Translations under genes and position numbers: made by a program
Shown: piece by piece, positions 19,990 to 27,872 of the stretch
Position numbering within the stretch: the first letter of the stretch is position 1
Layout of the letters: the number at the start of each line of letters is the position of its first letter
Assembly (NCBI GenBank): GCA_002427545.1
Contig: DIRM01000046.1
Location: 12,383 to 76,382, forward strand
Direction: 5' to 3'
Source of the DNA: Mageeibacillus sp. UBA5436
Lineage (GTDB): Bacteria; Bacillota; Clostridia; Saccharofermentanales; DTU023
Length of the DNA stretch: 64,000 bases
Notes under the pieces: model-generated
Database searches by the model: none
The model's input: only the letters and a program-made list of their open reading frames with translations
What the model was told of the DNA's origin: nothing

Positions 19990-21309
19990 ATGAAAATGAA
20001 ACAAAAAAATCTATTGATTATAGTAAATATTGTCCTCATATTTTGTTTTTTCCTAACTGCTTGTGATCAAGAAGTAGATGATGATTCTAATTTACCTGCG
20101 AGATATGGCGAATTTGGTAGAAACATAGCTAATGAATTGGCAGAAAAATTTCCTGAAAGATTTCCTGGTTCAGATCAAGAAGAACAAGCTGCTAATTGGC
20201 TTGTCTCAGAATTGGAGGATTTAGGTTATGAACCACAAATACAGAACTTTTCTGCAATAGATTCAGATGGTAATGGCATTGAATCACAAAATGTGATAGT
20301 TGAAATTGCAGGTATGGGATTTCACTTAGATGATGAAGATGAAAATTCCGAATCAACCATGACGCAATCAGACAATACAGAGTCAAAGTCGATTGAACAA
20401 GATGTGAATAAAAATTACATTATCATTGGTGCACATTATGATACTCCAATTAAAACTAATGTGATTCAGGAATCAGGTGATGGAGATGGTATCCATAATA
20501 ATGCGGCTGGTGTAGCGAGTTTAATAACTTTAGCCCAACAAATGAAAGATTTACCACCCGGCTATACAACCAAATTAATTTTCTTTGGTGCAGGTGAAGC
20601 AAACTTTGCAGGCTCAATAGCTTATTTTGAGAATATGACAGAAGAAGAAAAAAGTTCCTTGGAAGTGATGTACAATGTTGATCGAATTTACGCTGGGGAC
20701 AAAGTTTATGCTCATTCTGGTGTGAATTCGATAATAAGTGAATATGAAAAAGATTATGAAAAAAGACAAAAATTATATGAAATGACAGATGTTTATTATA
20801 ATAATCTTTTATTGACTAATAATGATTTTGCGCTTTATACAAATCAAAACATATTCTCAGTAGATTCTCCAGCAACAGGTGAATCAGCACTTTTTCGTGA
20901 ATGGACAACCCATATAGGTGATCATACTGTATTTGATGAAGCAGACATTCCAATTGTCTTTATTGAATCATTTGAATATGATGTCGATAGTTATGCTGAA
21001 TTAGGTAAAGAAACAACGGACTCTTATTTTGCAAATGTAAATGGGATCATTGATTTTTCGAATTTGGATTCAAGTAATTATCTGAATACTTATTTTGAAG
21101 CAGCTGAATTAGAAGAAACCGAAGAGGTGTTTGTCGATTCTTCTGAAAGTCAAGAAGATACAGAATCTGGAGTTACTCAAATTATTTCGCTTGAAAATTT
21201 GAAGCAAAATAAAAATATCGATCGTCTAGAAAGGCGCGTTAATAATGTCGCTTTTTTATTATTAGAATGTTCTCGTTATGCTGGATCAGATTATGATTTA
21301 AATGATTAA
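19990..21309 (+). CDS. Lipoprotein, M28 (aminopeptidase)-like domain with atypical metal-ligand positions
   Basis: Signal peptide plus lipobox (FLTAC). IIIGAHYDTP, HNNAAGVASL, FFGAGEANFAGS and IGDHTVF align by eye to the M28 motifs GAHxDS, DNxSGVA, EExGLxGS and DHxxF. Confidence 0.5.
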   Translation: MKMKQKNLLIIVNIVLIFCFFLTACDQEVDDDSNLPARYGEFGRNIANELAEKFPERFPGSDQEEQAANWLVSELEDLGYEPQIQNFSAIDSDGNGIESQNVIVEIAGMGFHLDDEDENSESTMTQSDNTESKSIEQDVNKNYIIIGAHYDTPIKTNVIQESGDGDGIHNNAAGVASLITLAQQMKDLPPGYTTKLIFFGAGEANFAGSIAYFENMTEEEKSSLEVMYNVDRIYAGDKVYAHSGVNSIISEYEKDYEKRQKLYEMTDVYYNNLLLTNNDFALYTNQNIFSVDSPATGESALFREWTTHIGDHTVFDEADIPIVFIESFEYDVDSYAELGKETTDSYFANVNGIIDFSNLDSSNYLNTYFEAAELEETEEVFVDSSESQEDTESGVTQIISLENLKQNKNIDRLERRVNNVAFLLLECSRYAGSDYDLND

Positions 21310-21373
21310 TTATCTTAATCATATTCGAATATCAGAATAAAATTTCATTTAAGAACATAGAAATGAGGTGACA

Positions 21374-21811
21374 ATGGCTTGGCTATATTGGCTTATTGCA
21401 ATCATATTTTTTACTATTGCTGAAGCTTTAACGGTTAGTATGATTTCGGTTTGGTTTATCGTAGGCTCTTTAGTAGCAATGTTTGTATCTTTATTTGGAG
21501 GTACGGTAACTTGGCAAATTATCTCTTTTATCGTTATTTCTACTATCGGTTTAATCATTTATTTGGTTTGGATTAAGCAAAGGTTGACCCGCAATGATAA
21601 AATTATAGAAAGAACTAATGCAGATCGAATTTTAGAACAAGAGGGTATTGTGATACAAACCATTAATCCAATTGAAAATACAGGCTTGATCAAAGTTAAA
21701 GGTCAAACATGGAGTGCAAATTCTTATGAAGAACAAATTATCGAAAAAGATACGATCATAATAGTAAAAGAAATCAAAGGTGTGAGGGCAATTGTTATTC
21801 CCAAAAACTAA
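21374..21811 (+). CDS. NfeD-family membrane protein
   Basis: Start taken as the ATG at 21374, after GAGG (the track uses GTG at 21368). Three TM helices, then a C-terminal OB-like soluble domain (GLIKVKGQTWSA...). Immediately upstream of an SPFH gene, which is the canonical NfeD-SPFH pairing. Confidence 0.8.
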   Translation: MAWLYWLIAIIFFTIAEALTVSMISVWFIVGSLVAMFVSLFGGTVTWQIISFIVISTIGLIIYLVWIKQRLTRNDKIIERTNADRILEQEGIVIQTINPIENTGLIKVKGQTWSANSYEEQIIEKDTIIIVKEIKGVRAIVIPKN

Positions 21812-21831
21812 TAACTAAAGGAGAATTTTTT

Positions 21832-22791
21832 ATGTTTAATCCATATATACTTCAATTAACCGTTTTATCTAGTGTAGCAATTATGATACCATTCGTTATT
21901 CTCATTTTTCTCATCTTATTATTGATTATTCGCAATGTCATTGTTGTACCGCAAGCCCATGTTTTTGTTTTAGAAAGATTGGGTGGCTTTAAAGTTGCCT
22001 GGGGAACAGGCTTGCATTTAAAAGTTCCTTTTATTGATCGCATTTCTCGCAAAATTTCTTTGAAAGAAAAGGTTGCCGATTTTGCACCTCAATTTGTTAT
22101 CACAAAAGATAATGTAACCATGCAAATTGATACGGTTCTCTTCTATCAAATAGTTGATCCTGTACTTTATTCATACGGCATAGAAAATCCAATTAATGCA
22201 ATTGACAATTTATCTGCAACGACATTACGTAATATTATTGGTGACTTGGAATTAGACGAAACCCTAACATCAAGAGATACCATAAACACGCAAATGCGTA
22301 TCTTATTGGATGAGGCAACTGATCCTTGGGGCATCAAAGTAAACCGAGTTGAGCTCAAAAATATTATTCCACCCCAAGATATTCAAAATGCGATGGAAAG
22401 ACAGATGAAGGCAGAACGTGAAAAACGTGAAAGTATTTTGATTGCAGAAGGAAAAAAAGAATCTCAAATTCGTATAGCTGAAGGTGAGAAAGAAGCCGCT
22501 ATTTTGAGAGCCGATGCTAAAAGAGAACAGGCCATTCGTGAAGCTGATGGTGAGGCACAAGCAATTTTAAAAATTCAAAAAGCAAAAGCAGATGGCTTAG
22601 CCATGATTAAAGCGGTTGCTGCTGATAAAAATGTTATTACTTTGAGAGGCCTAGAAGCGATGGAAAAAGTCGCGGATGGAAAAGCAACAAAAATAATTAT
22701 ACCAAGTGAGTTACAAAGCCTTGCTACAGCTGGTATTACTTTAAAAGAAATGTTTTCAGATACGCCAGATAATACAAAAAGTGAAAAATAG
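21832..22791 (+). CDS. SPFH/band-7 (stomatin/prohibitin-like) membrane protein
   Basis: N-terminal TM segment. SPFH core (VVPQAHVFVLERLGGF...FVITKDNVTMQIDTVLFYQIVDP...). C-terminal Ala/Glu/Lys-rich coiled coil. Confidence 0.9.
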   Translation: MFNPYILQLTVLSSVAIMIPFVILIFLILLLIIRNVIVVPQAHVFVLERLGGFKVAWGTGLHLKVPFIDRISRKISLKEKVADFAPQFVITKDNVTMQIDTVLFYQIVDPVLYSYGIENPINAIDNLSATTLRNIIGDLELDETLTSRDTINTQMRILLDEATDPWGIKVNRVELKNIIPPQDIQNAMERQMKAEREKRESILIAEGKKESQIRIAEGEKEAAILRADAKREQAIREADGEAQAILKIQKAKADGLAMIKAVAADKNVITLRGLEAMEKVADGKATKIIIPSELQSLATAGITLKEMFSDTPDNTKSEK

Positions 22792-22829
22792 ATTGAGAAT
22801 GAACAATTAAATAATTAGAAAGGAATCAA

Positions 22830-24023
22830 ATGTTAATAGGCGTAAAAATCAAAAACTTTGGCTTATTGCAAGAATTTTCATTAGGTCTTGATTTGCAAGA
22901 TCTTCTTGGTCTTACAAATTTGAAAGAAAGGCGAAAATTACCTGCCTTAAATCCATTAAGTGTTTTTATTGGTAAGAATGCTAGTGGTAAGTCTACTTTT
23001 TTTGAAGCCTTAAGGTTTTTATCTGAAGCAATATCTTTAAATGTTCATATTGCGAGCAATCAATCTAAACAAGGCAGTTATTCTGATTTAATTTTTAATT
23101 ATCAACCTGAAGAATATGATTTAGAATTTGATCTTATTTATGAAAAAAAATTAGGAGAATGGCTAAATTATTATCTGAAAATATCATCAGATGAATTTTC
23201 ACGCCCATATTTTGCCAAAGAAAAATTAACAAAATATGTTTTTAATAAAGCTCAAATGCATGAACAATTATTATTAGAAATAGAATCTAAAGAAGGAAAA
23301 ATTTTACAAGTTGATAGTTTAAACAAACAATTCTTTAAGCCTATTCAATTAACTGAAAGAAAAGTTTCTGCCATCAATATTTTTGGAAGACAAAAAGAAT
23401 ATGAGGATATTGGATTTTTATATTATCAAATCTCCCATTTTTATTATGCAGATTATAAACAATTACCAAGAAAAGTGAGTAAAACTCAAAAAACTGGTGG
23501 ACATAAACACTTAAATGCCAGTTATTCAAATGTCGAAAATGTAATTTACTATTTAAAAAAGCGAAAACCGAAAGAGTATAAAGATTTACAAAAAAGACTT
23601 AATCAAAACTTACACAATCACAATAGTATTGATTTAAATCAATTAGATAAGCTAGACAATGAAGCGCAAATTAGATATTTAATTTCTTATTTAATTTTGT
23701 CTGATGATAAACCTTTAATTGCTTTCGATAATCCAGATAATGGACTATATTATGAAATGAGTGATTCACTAGCTTTAGAATTTCGAGACTATACATTACG
23801 CAATGAAAATCCTCAAATTTTTATTGCAACTCATAATACAAATATGTTAGAAAATTTTTCTCCTTATGAAGTTTGGTCGTTTGATCGCATTCAAAATGAA
23901 CAAGGCATTGATCAAATTAAAACACGATATTTAGGATTTAATTCAGTTATTACCGCCATGTATCAGGAGGGGATTGGATTAGGCTCTTTATTATATAGTG
24001 GATATTTGGATAAAAATAAATAA
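22830..24023 (+). CDS. SMC/ABC-type (AAA_21/OLD-like) ATPase with a non-canonical Walker B; candidate defence ATPase
   Basis: MLIGVKIKNFGLL lead strand. Walker A GKNASGKST (residues 48-56, nt 22971-22997). A ~240-aa insertion, then KPLIAFDNPDNGLYYE (Walker B/D-loop position) and FIATHN (H-loop position). Confidence 0.7.
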   Translation: MLIGVKIKNFGLLQEFSLGLDLQDLLGLTNLKERRKLPALNPLSVFIGKNASGKSTFFEALRFLSEAISLNVHIASNQSKQGSYSDLIFNYQPEEYDLEFDLIYEKKLGEWLNYYLKISSDEFSRPYFAKEKLTKYVFNKAQMHEQLLLEIESKEGKILQVDSLNKQFFKPIQLTERKVSAINIFGRQKEYEDIGFLYYQISHFYYADYKQLPRKVSKTQKTGGHKHLNASYSNVENVIYYLKKRKPKEYKDLQKRLNQNLHNHNSIDLNQLDKLDNEAQIRYLISYLILSDDKPLIAFDNPDNGLYYEMSDSLALEFRDYTLRNENPQIFIATHNTNMLENFSPYEVWSFDRIQNEQGIDQIKTRYLGFNSVITAMYQEGIGLGSLLYSGYLDKNK

Positions 24024-24028
24024 TAATT

Positions 24029-24724
24029 ATGTTGCTTGAAGTTTTATGCGAAGACAAATCATCAGTTCCTGTTTTAAATCATATTTTGCAAAAAATATTG
24101 CAAAATTATCAATTTGTTAATCAAATACATATTTATCCGCATCGTGGCAAGGGAAAATTACCTGATAATATTAAGGAAAAGCCAAAATCTTCCACGAGTT
24201 CTTTGCTTGATCTTTTACCTGCTAAAATTAGAGCCTATGATAAATCGTATAAAGATGAAGAAATCATTTTTATTGTTGTTTTAGATCTCGATGATCAAAA
24301 TCTCAGTGAATTATATAAGAGCATTGAATATGTTTTTCGTAGTGAATCCCCTAATAAATATTTCGTTATTGGTATTTGTATTGAAGAGATGGAAGCCTGG
24401 CTATTGGGCGATAAAGAGGCCTTATTGAGTGCATATCCTAATGCTAATCAAAATGTGTTAAATCAATATCAACAGGATGGTATAGGACATACATGGGAAA
24501 TTTTGGCAGAAGTTATTTTAGACCAAAAGGCAGATAATTTAATAGAAGCAGGTTATCCAGCTGTAGGAATTTATAAATATCATTGGGCAGAAAAGATAGC
24601 TCCATATATGCAAATACATCATAATAAATCACCAAGCTTTCAAGACTTTGTCAAAAGAATGTGTCAAGTCTTAAATTGGGTAGAAGAGAAAAGGCAAAAT
24701 GTTAAAATTGCAGAAAAATCCTAA
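24029..24724 (+). CDS. Small TOPRIM-like protein (DUF4276/RloB-like by memory); candidate nuclease partner of the upstream ATPase
   Basis: Starts 5 nt after the ATPase stop. LLEVLCEDKSS (E8) and IIFIVVLDLDDQN (D86/D88/D89, nt 24284-24295) give an E...DxD pattern. CIEEMEAWLLGD acidic helix. No TM segment or signal peptide. Confidence 0.5.
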   Translation: MLLEVLCEDKSSVPVLNHILQKILQNYQFVNQIHIYPHRGKGKLPDNIKEKPKSSTSSLLDLLPAKIRAYDKSYKDEEIIFIVVLDLDDQNLSELYKSIEYVFRSESPNKYFVIGICIEEMEAWLLGDKEALLSAYPNANQNVLNQYQQDGIGHTWEILAEVILDQKADNLIEAGYPAVGIYKYHWAEKIAPYMQIHHNKSPSFQDFVKRMCQVLNWVEEKRQNVKIAEKS

Positions 24725-25868
24725 TATAGATGATCCCATTGAAAATTTATATATTCATGTACCTTTTTGTCATAAAAAATGTGGTTATTGTGATTATTAC
24801 TCTATTGTAAGTCAAACTGCAGATTATGAATCTTTTTTAGAGGCCATTAAAAAAGAATGGAAAATAACAAAGAATTATCTTGAAAAAAATCATAATCCAT
24901 TACGTCCACTTAAAACATTGTACTTTGGAGGCGGAACGCCTTCTGTTTTGTCTCCTCAAATCTTGACTCAACTGATTAATTATTTTGAATCTGAGATTGG
25001 TTTTGCTTCAGATATTGAAATAACAATGGAAGTTAATCCAGAACCAATCGGTCAAGAGACAGTTTTAGCTGGGATAAAAACTGGAGTCAATCGAATTTCA
25101 TTAGGTTTTCAGGCTAAACAAGATCATTTATTAAAAAAAATCGGTCGATTACATTCTTATCAAGATTTTTTGAGAATGTTAGATTTAATTAGAGAACAAG
25201 GTATCAAAAATATAAGTTGTGATTTAATGTTTGGTTTACCTGATCAAAATATAGAAGAAGCGCTAATAAGTGCTCAAACGTTAATTGATTTGCAAATTCC
25301 TCATATCAGCTTTTATTCTTTAATTTTGGAAGAAAACACATTGTTTTATAAAAAATATGCCAAACATCCAGAATTATTACCCAGTGAAGATTCAGAAAGA
25401 GAGATGTATCGTCAGCTCTTAAATATATTTGAATCTAATCAATATCAATATTATGAATTATCCAGTGTGGCCAAAGACAATTACTTTTCTCGCCATAATT
25501 ATAATTATTGGTCAACAAAACCTTATTTAGGTTTAGGCCCAGGTGCTCATTCATATTTTAATGGTATACGTAAAGGTAACATACGTTCCATTAAAGATTG
25601 GGCATTAGATCCTTGGAAAAGTGCAGAAATAGAAGAAATTGATTTTGATTTAGCGATGCGTGAATACGCTATGTTAGCTTTTCGCCTAAATGAAGGATTT
25701 TCTGTGGAAAAATTTGAAAAGCGTTTCTTAATAAAAAATCCTTTTGAAAAAGAACTTAAAAACCTAATAGAACAGGGACTAATTGTTAAAGATCAGCAAT
25801 TTGAACAATATTATTTAAATCCCAAAGGTCTTGATTTTGCAAATCTTGTTTTCATGGAATTTCTCTAA
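24699..25868 (+). CDS. hemW: Radical-SAM heme chaperone HemW (HemN-like, oxygen-independent coproporphyrinogen oxidase family)
   Basis: LYIHVPFCHKKCGYCDYY (CxxxCxxC), GGGTPS, and a HemN C-terminal domain. Conserved position upstream of hrcA, as in Bacillus. Confidence 0.9.
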   Translation: MLKLQKNPNIDDPIENLYIHVPFCHKKCGYCDYYSIVSQTADYESFLEAIKKEWKITKNYLEKNHNPLRPLKTLYFGGGTPSVLSPQILTQLINYFESEIGFASDIEITMEVNPEPIGQETVLAGIKTGVNRISLGFQAKQDHLLKKIGRLHSYQDFLRMLDLIREQGIKNISCDLMFGLPDQNIEEALISAQTLIDLQIPHISFYSLILEENTLFYKKYAKHPELLPSEDSEREMYRQLLNIFESNQYQYYELSSVAKDNYFSRHNYNYWSTKPYLGLGPGAHSYFNGIRKGNIRSIKDWALDPWKSAEIEEIDFDLAMREYAMLAFRLNEGFSVEKFEKRFLIKNPFEKELKNLIEQGLIVKDQQFEQYYLNPKGLDFANLVFMEFL

Positions 25869-25955
25869 TGTTTTTATAAATTCAAAATTTCTATCTTTGA
25901 AATTATATGCTTGCATATCGTTCACATTTTGTCATAATTTTTCGTTTTCATTTGG

Positions 25956-25984
25956 TTGACAGTCAATGACGTGAATGCTAAAGT
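25956..25984 (+). promoter_or_regulatory. Putative SigA promoter of the hrcA operon
   Basis: TTGACA (25956-25961), 17-nt spacer, TAAAGT (25979-25984), immediately upstream of the CIRCE element. Confidence 0.5.
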
Positions 25985-25988
25985 TGTT

Positions 25989-26015
25989 TTAGCACTCGGA
26001 ATGATTGAGTGCTAA
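25989..26015 (+). promoter_or_regulatory. CIRCE operator (HrcA binding site)
   Basis: TTAGCACTC-ggaatgatt-GAGTGCTAA. Exact match to the consensus TTAGCACTC-N9-GAGTGCTAA. Confidence 0.95.
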
Positions 26016-26026
26016 AGGAGAAAAGA

Positions 26027-27169
26027 TTGTTAACAGAACGTCAAAAACAAATACTTAAAGCCATAGTAGATGACTATGTTACTACAGCTGAACCGGTTGG
26101 TTCAAAAGCTTTGGTAGAAGGACATAATCTTCATATCAGCTCGGCTACAGTCCGCAATGAAATGAGCGAACTGGAGGAGCTTGGTTATTTAGATAAAACA
26201 CATACTTCTTCCGGCAGAATACCATCGGATAAAGGCTATCGTGCTTATGTTGATTATTTGTTACAAGTAAAGCCAATTAGTGTCAATGAACAAAAAGAAA
26301 TAGAGAGTTTCTTTAATGATCATATGTCCGAAATAATGACTTTAATTAAACGTTCGGTCAATGTTTTATCAGAGCAAACTAGTTTTCCAGCAATGATGGT
26401 ATCTCCTTATCATAAAGAATCCAGCCTCGAACAAATCAAATTTTTGATGATTGAGCCAGGTAAAGTTCTCATTGTAGTTGTCTTATCACCAGGTATTGTT
26501 AAAGATCGTTTAATTCGAGTTCCAACTGTCTTGAATCAGTCTCAATTATCATTAATTAATCAGATGATTGAAGAACAATTGACAGGGAAAAAAGTTGAGC
26601 AAATAACCCTAATATCAGTTTCTGCTGCCGCAGAGAATGCTCCTATTCCGGAACCTATATTAAATCAAATCTTATTTGAAGCATATATTTCTATTAAACA
26701 GGCAGAGAATATAGAATTCTATATAGAAGGTACCCATCGTTTACTTTCACAACCAGAATTTAAAGAAATAAGTACCGCTCAAAAATTTTTAGAAACCATG
26801 CATCATAAAGGCGTGGTAGCTGGTTATATGAGTGAATGGGATAACGACAAATTATTAGCATCAATTGAACCAAAATTTCAAAATGATCAAGAAAAAACCA
26901 ATTATTATGAAGAAATTAATAAAAGACCATCCTATATGGTAAGAATTGGTCAAGAGATCGCTTTGCAGGGTTTAGAGGATTGTAGCTTTATTACCGCGAC
27001 TTATAAAGTTTCAGATAAAATTACTGGCCGCATAGGTGTTGTTGGTCCTAAAAGAATGTCCTATGACAAGATAATTGCTCAAATTAATTTTGTTAATCAT
27101 ACATTAGACAAGGAAATTTTAGAATTAACACAAACTTGCGATCCAGAGGAGGATAAGAATGTCAAATAA
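26027..27169 (+). CDS. hrcA: Heat-inducible transcription repressor HrcA
   Basis: I prefer the TTG start at 26027, 6 nt after AAGGAG (26015-26020). The track GTG at 26009 lies inside CIRCE. LTERQKQILKAIVDDYVTTAEPVGSKAL is the typical HrcA N-terminus. Confidence 0.93.
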   Translation: MLTERQKQILKAIVDDYVTTAEPVGSKALVEGHNLHISSATVRNEMSELEELGYLDKTHTSSGRIPSDKGYRAYVDYLLQVKPISVNEQKEIESFFNDHMSEIMTLIKRSVNVLSEQTSFPAMMVSPYHKESSLEQIKFLMIEPGKVLIVVVLSPGIVKDRLIRVPTVLNQSQLSLINQMIEEQLTGKKVEQITLISVSAAAENAPIPEPILNQILFEAYISIKQAENIEFYIEGTHRLLSQPEFKEISTAQKFLETMHHKGVVAGYMSEWDNDKLLASIEPKFQNDQEKTNYYEEINKRPSYMVRIGQEIALQGLEDCSFITATYKVSDKITGRIGVVGPKRMSYDKIIAQINFVNHTLDKEILELTQTCDPEEDKNVK

Positions 27170-27794
27170 TAAAAAACAAAGCAAAAAGGCGCAAACAGAA
27201 CAATCTCAGAATAATGACGATTTAAAGCAAGATATAAAAACTGAGATAGATGAAGAACAAACTGAAATTAACAATGAAACGGATTTTGAACAAGCAGCAA
27301 ATTGCTCTGAAGAAAGTAAAGAAGAAGATCTTAAACAAATAAGTCCAGAGCAAGAATCAAATGAAGCATATTCAGATTTACAAGATAAATATATTCGCTT
27401 AGTAGCTGAATATGACAACTTTAGGAAACGGACACGTAAAGAAAAAGATATGCTCTATAATTCATCTTTAATTGACGTTTGCAAAGTTTGGTTACCCGTT
27501 TTAGATAATTTAGATCGTGCCGTTGAGGCTTTAGATAAATTGGAAAGTTCTGAAAGCGAACAAATGTCAGAAGGTCTAGCCATGGTGCAAAAGCAAGCTA
27601 ATGATGCTATGGAGCAATTAGGAGTTAAGGAAATCAAGAGCCTTGGAGAACGCTTTGATCCACAATATCATGAAGCCATTGCTCATGTAGATAATCCTGA
27701 ATATGGCGAAGATGAAATTTTTGAAGTTATAAAAAAAGGCTATATCAAAGGTGACACAGTGATTCGTCATAGCGTTGTTTGTGTAGCAAATTAA
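27159..27794 (+). CDS. grpE: Nucleotide exchange factor GrpE
   Basis: Acidic N-terminus, then YIRLVAEYDNFRKRTRKE and FDPQYHEAI motifs. Lies between hrcA and dnaK. Confidence 0.93.
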   Translation: MSNNKKQSKKAQTEQSQNNDDLKQDIKTEIDEEQTEINNETDFEQAANCSEESKEEDLKQISPEQESNEAYSDLQDKYIRLVAEYDNFRKRTRKEKDMLYNSSLIDVCKVWLPVLDNLDRAVEALDKLESSESEQMSEGLAMVQKQANDAMEQLGVKEIKSLGERFDPQYHEAIAHVDNPEYGEDEIFEVIKKGYIKGDTVIRHSVVCVAN

Positions 27795-27872
27795 ACAGAA
27801 ATATTAAATAAATTGAAGTATTATAAAAAAATAAACAAAATAAATTTTTGAATAAATAATCGGAGGGACATT

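Noticed and set aside
22167-22560. Antisense ORFs (63 and 85 aa) inside the SPFH gene. Similar short antisense ORFs occur inside pgk, PFOR, dnaK, grpE, groEL, alaS and others.
   Set aside because: They lie opposite strongly supported conserved genes, have no start context, and are typical shadow ORFs in AT-rich or repetitive coiled-coil coding sequence.
21374-22791. Treating NfeD-SPFH as integral components of the putative defence cassette.
   Set aside because: NfeD-SPFH is a very widespread housekeeping membrane-scaffold pair found without any ATPase/TOPRIM neighbours. Co-directionality alone is not evidence, so it is kept only as a context note.
26009-26026. GTG at 26009 as the hrcA start.
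   Set aside because: It lies within the right arm of the CIRCE operator and upstream of the AAGGAG RBS. The TTG at 26027 has correct RBS spacing and gives the conserved HrcA N-terminus.
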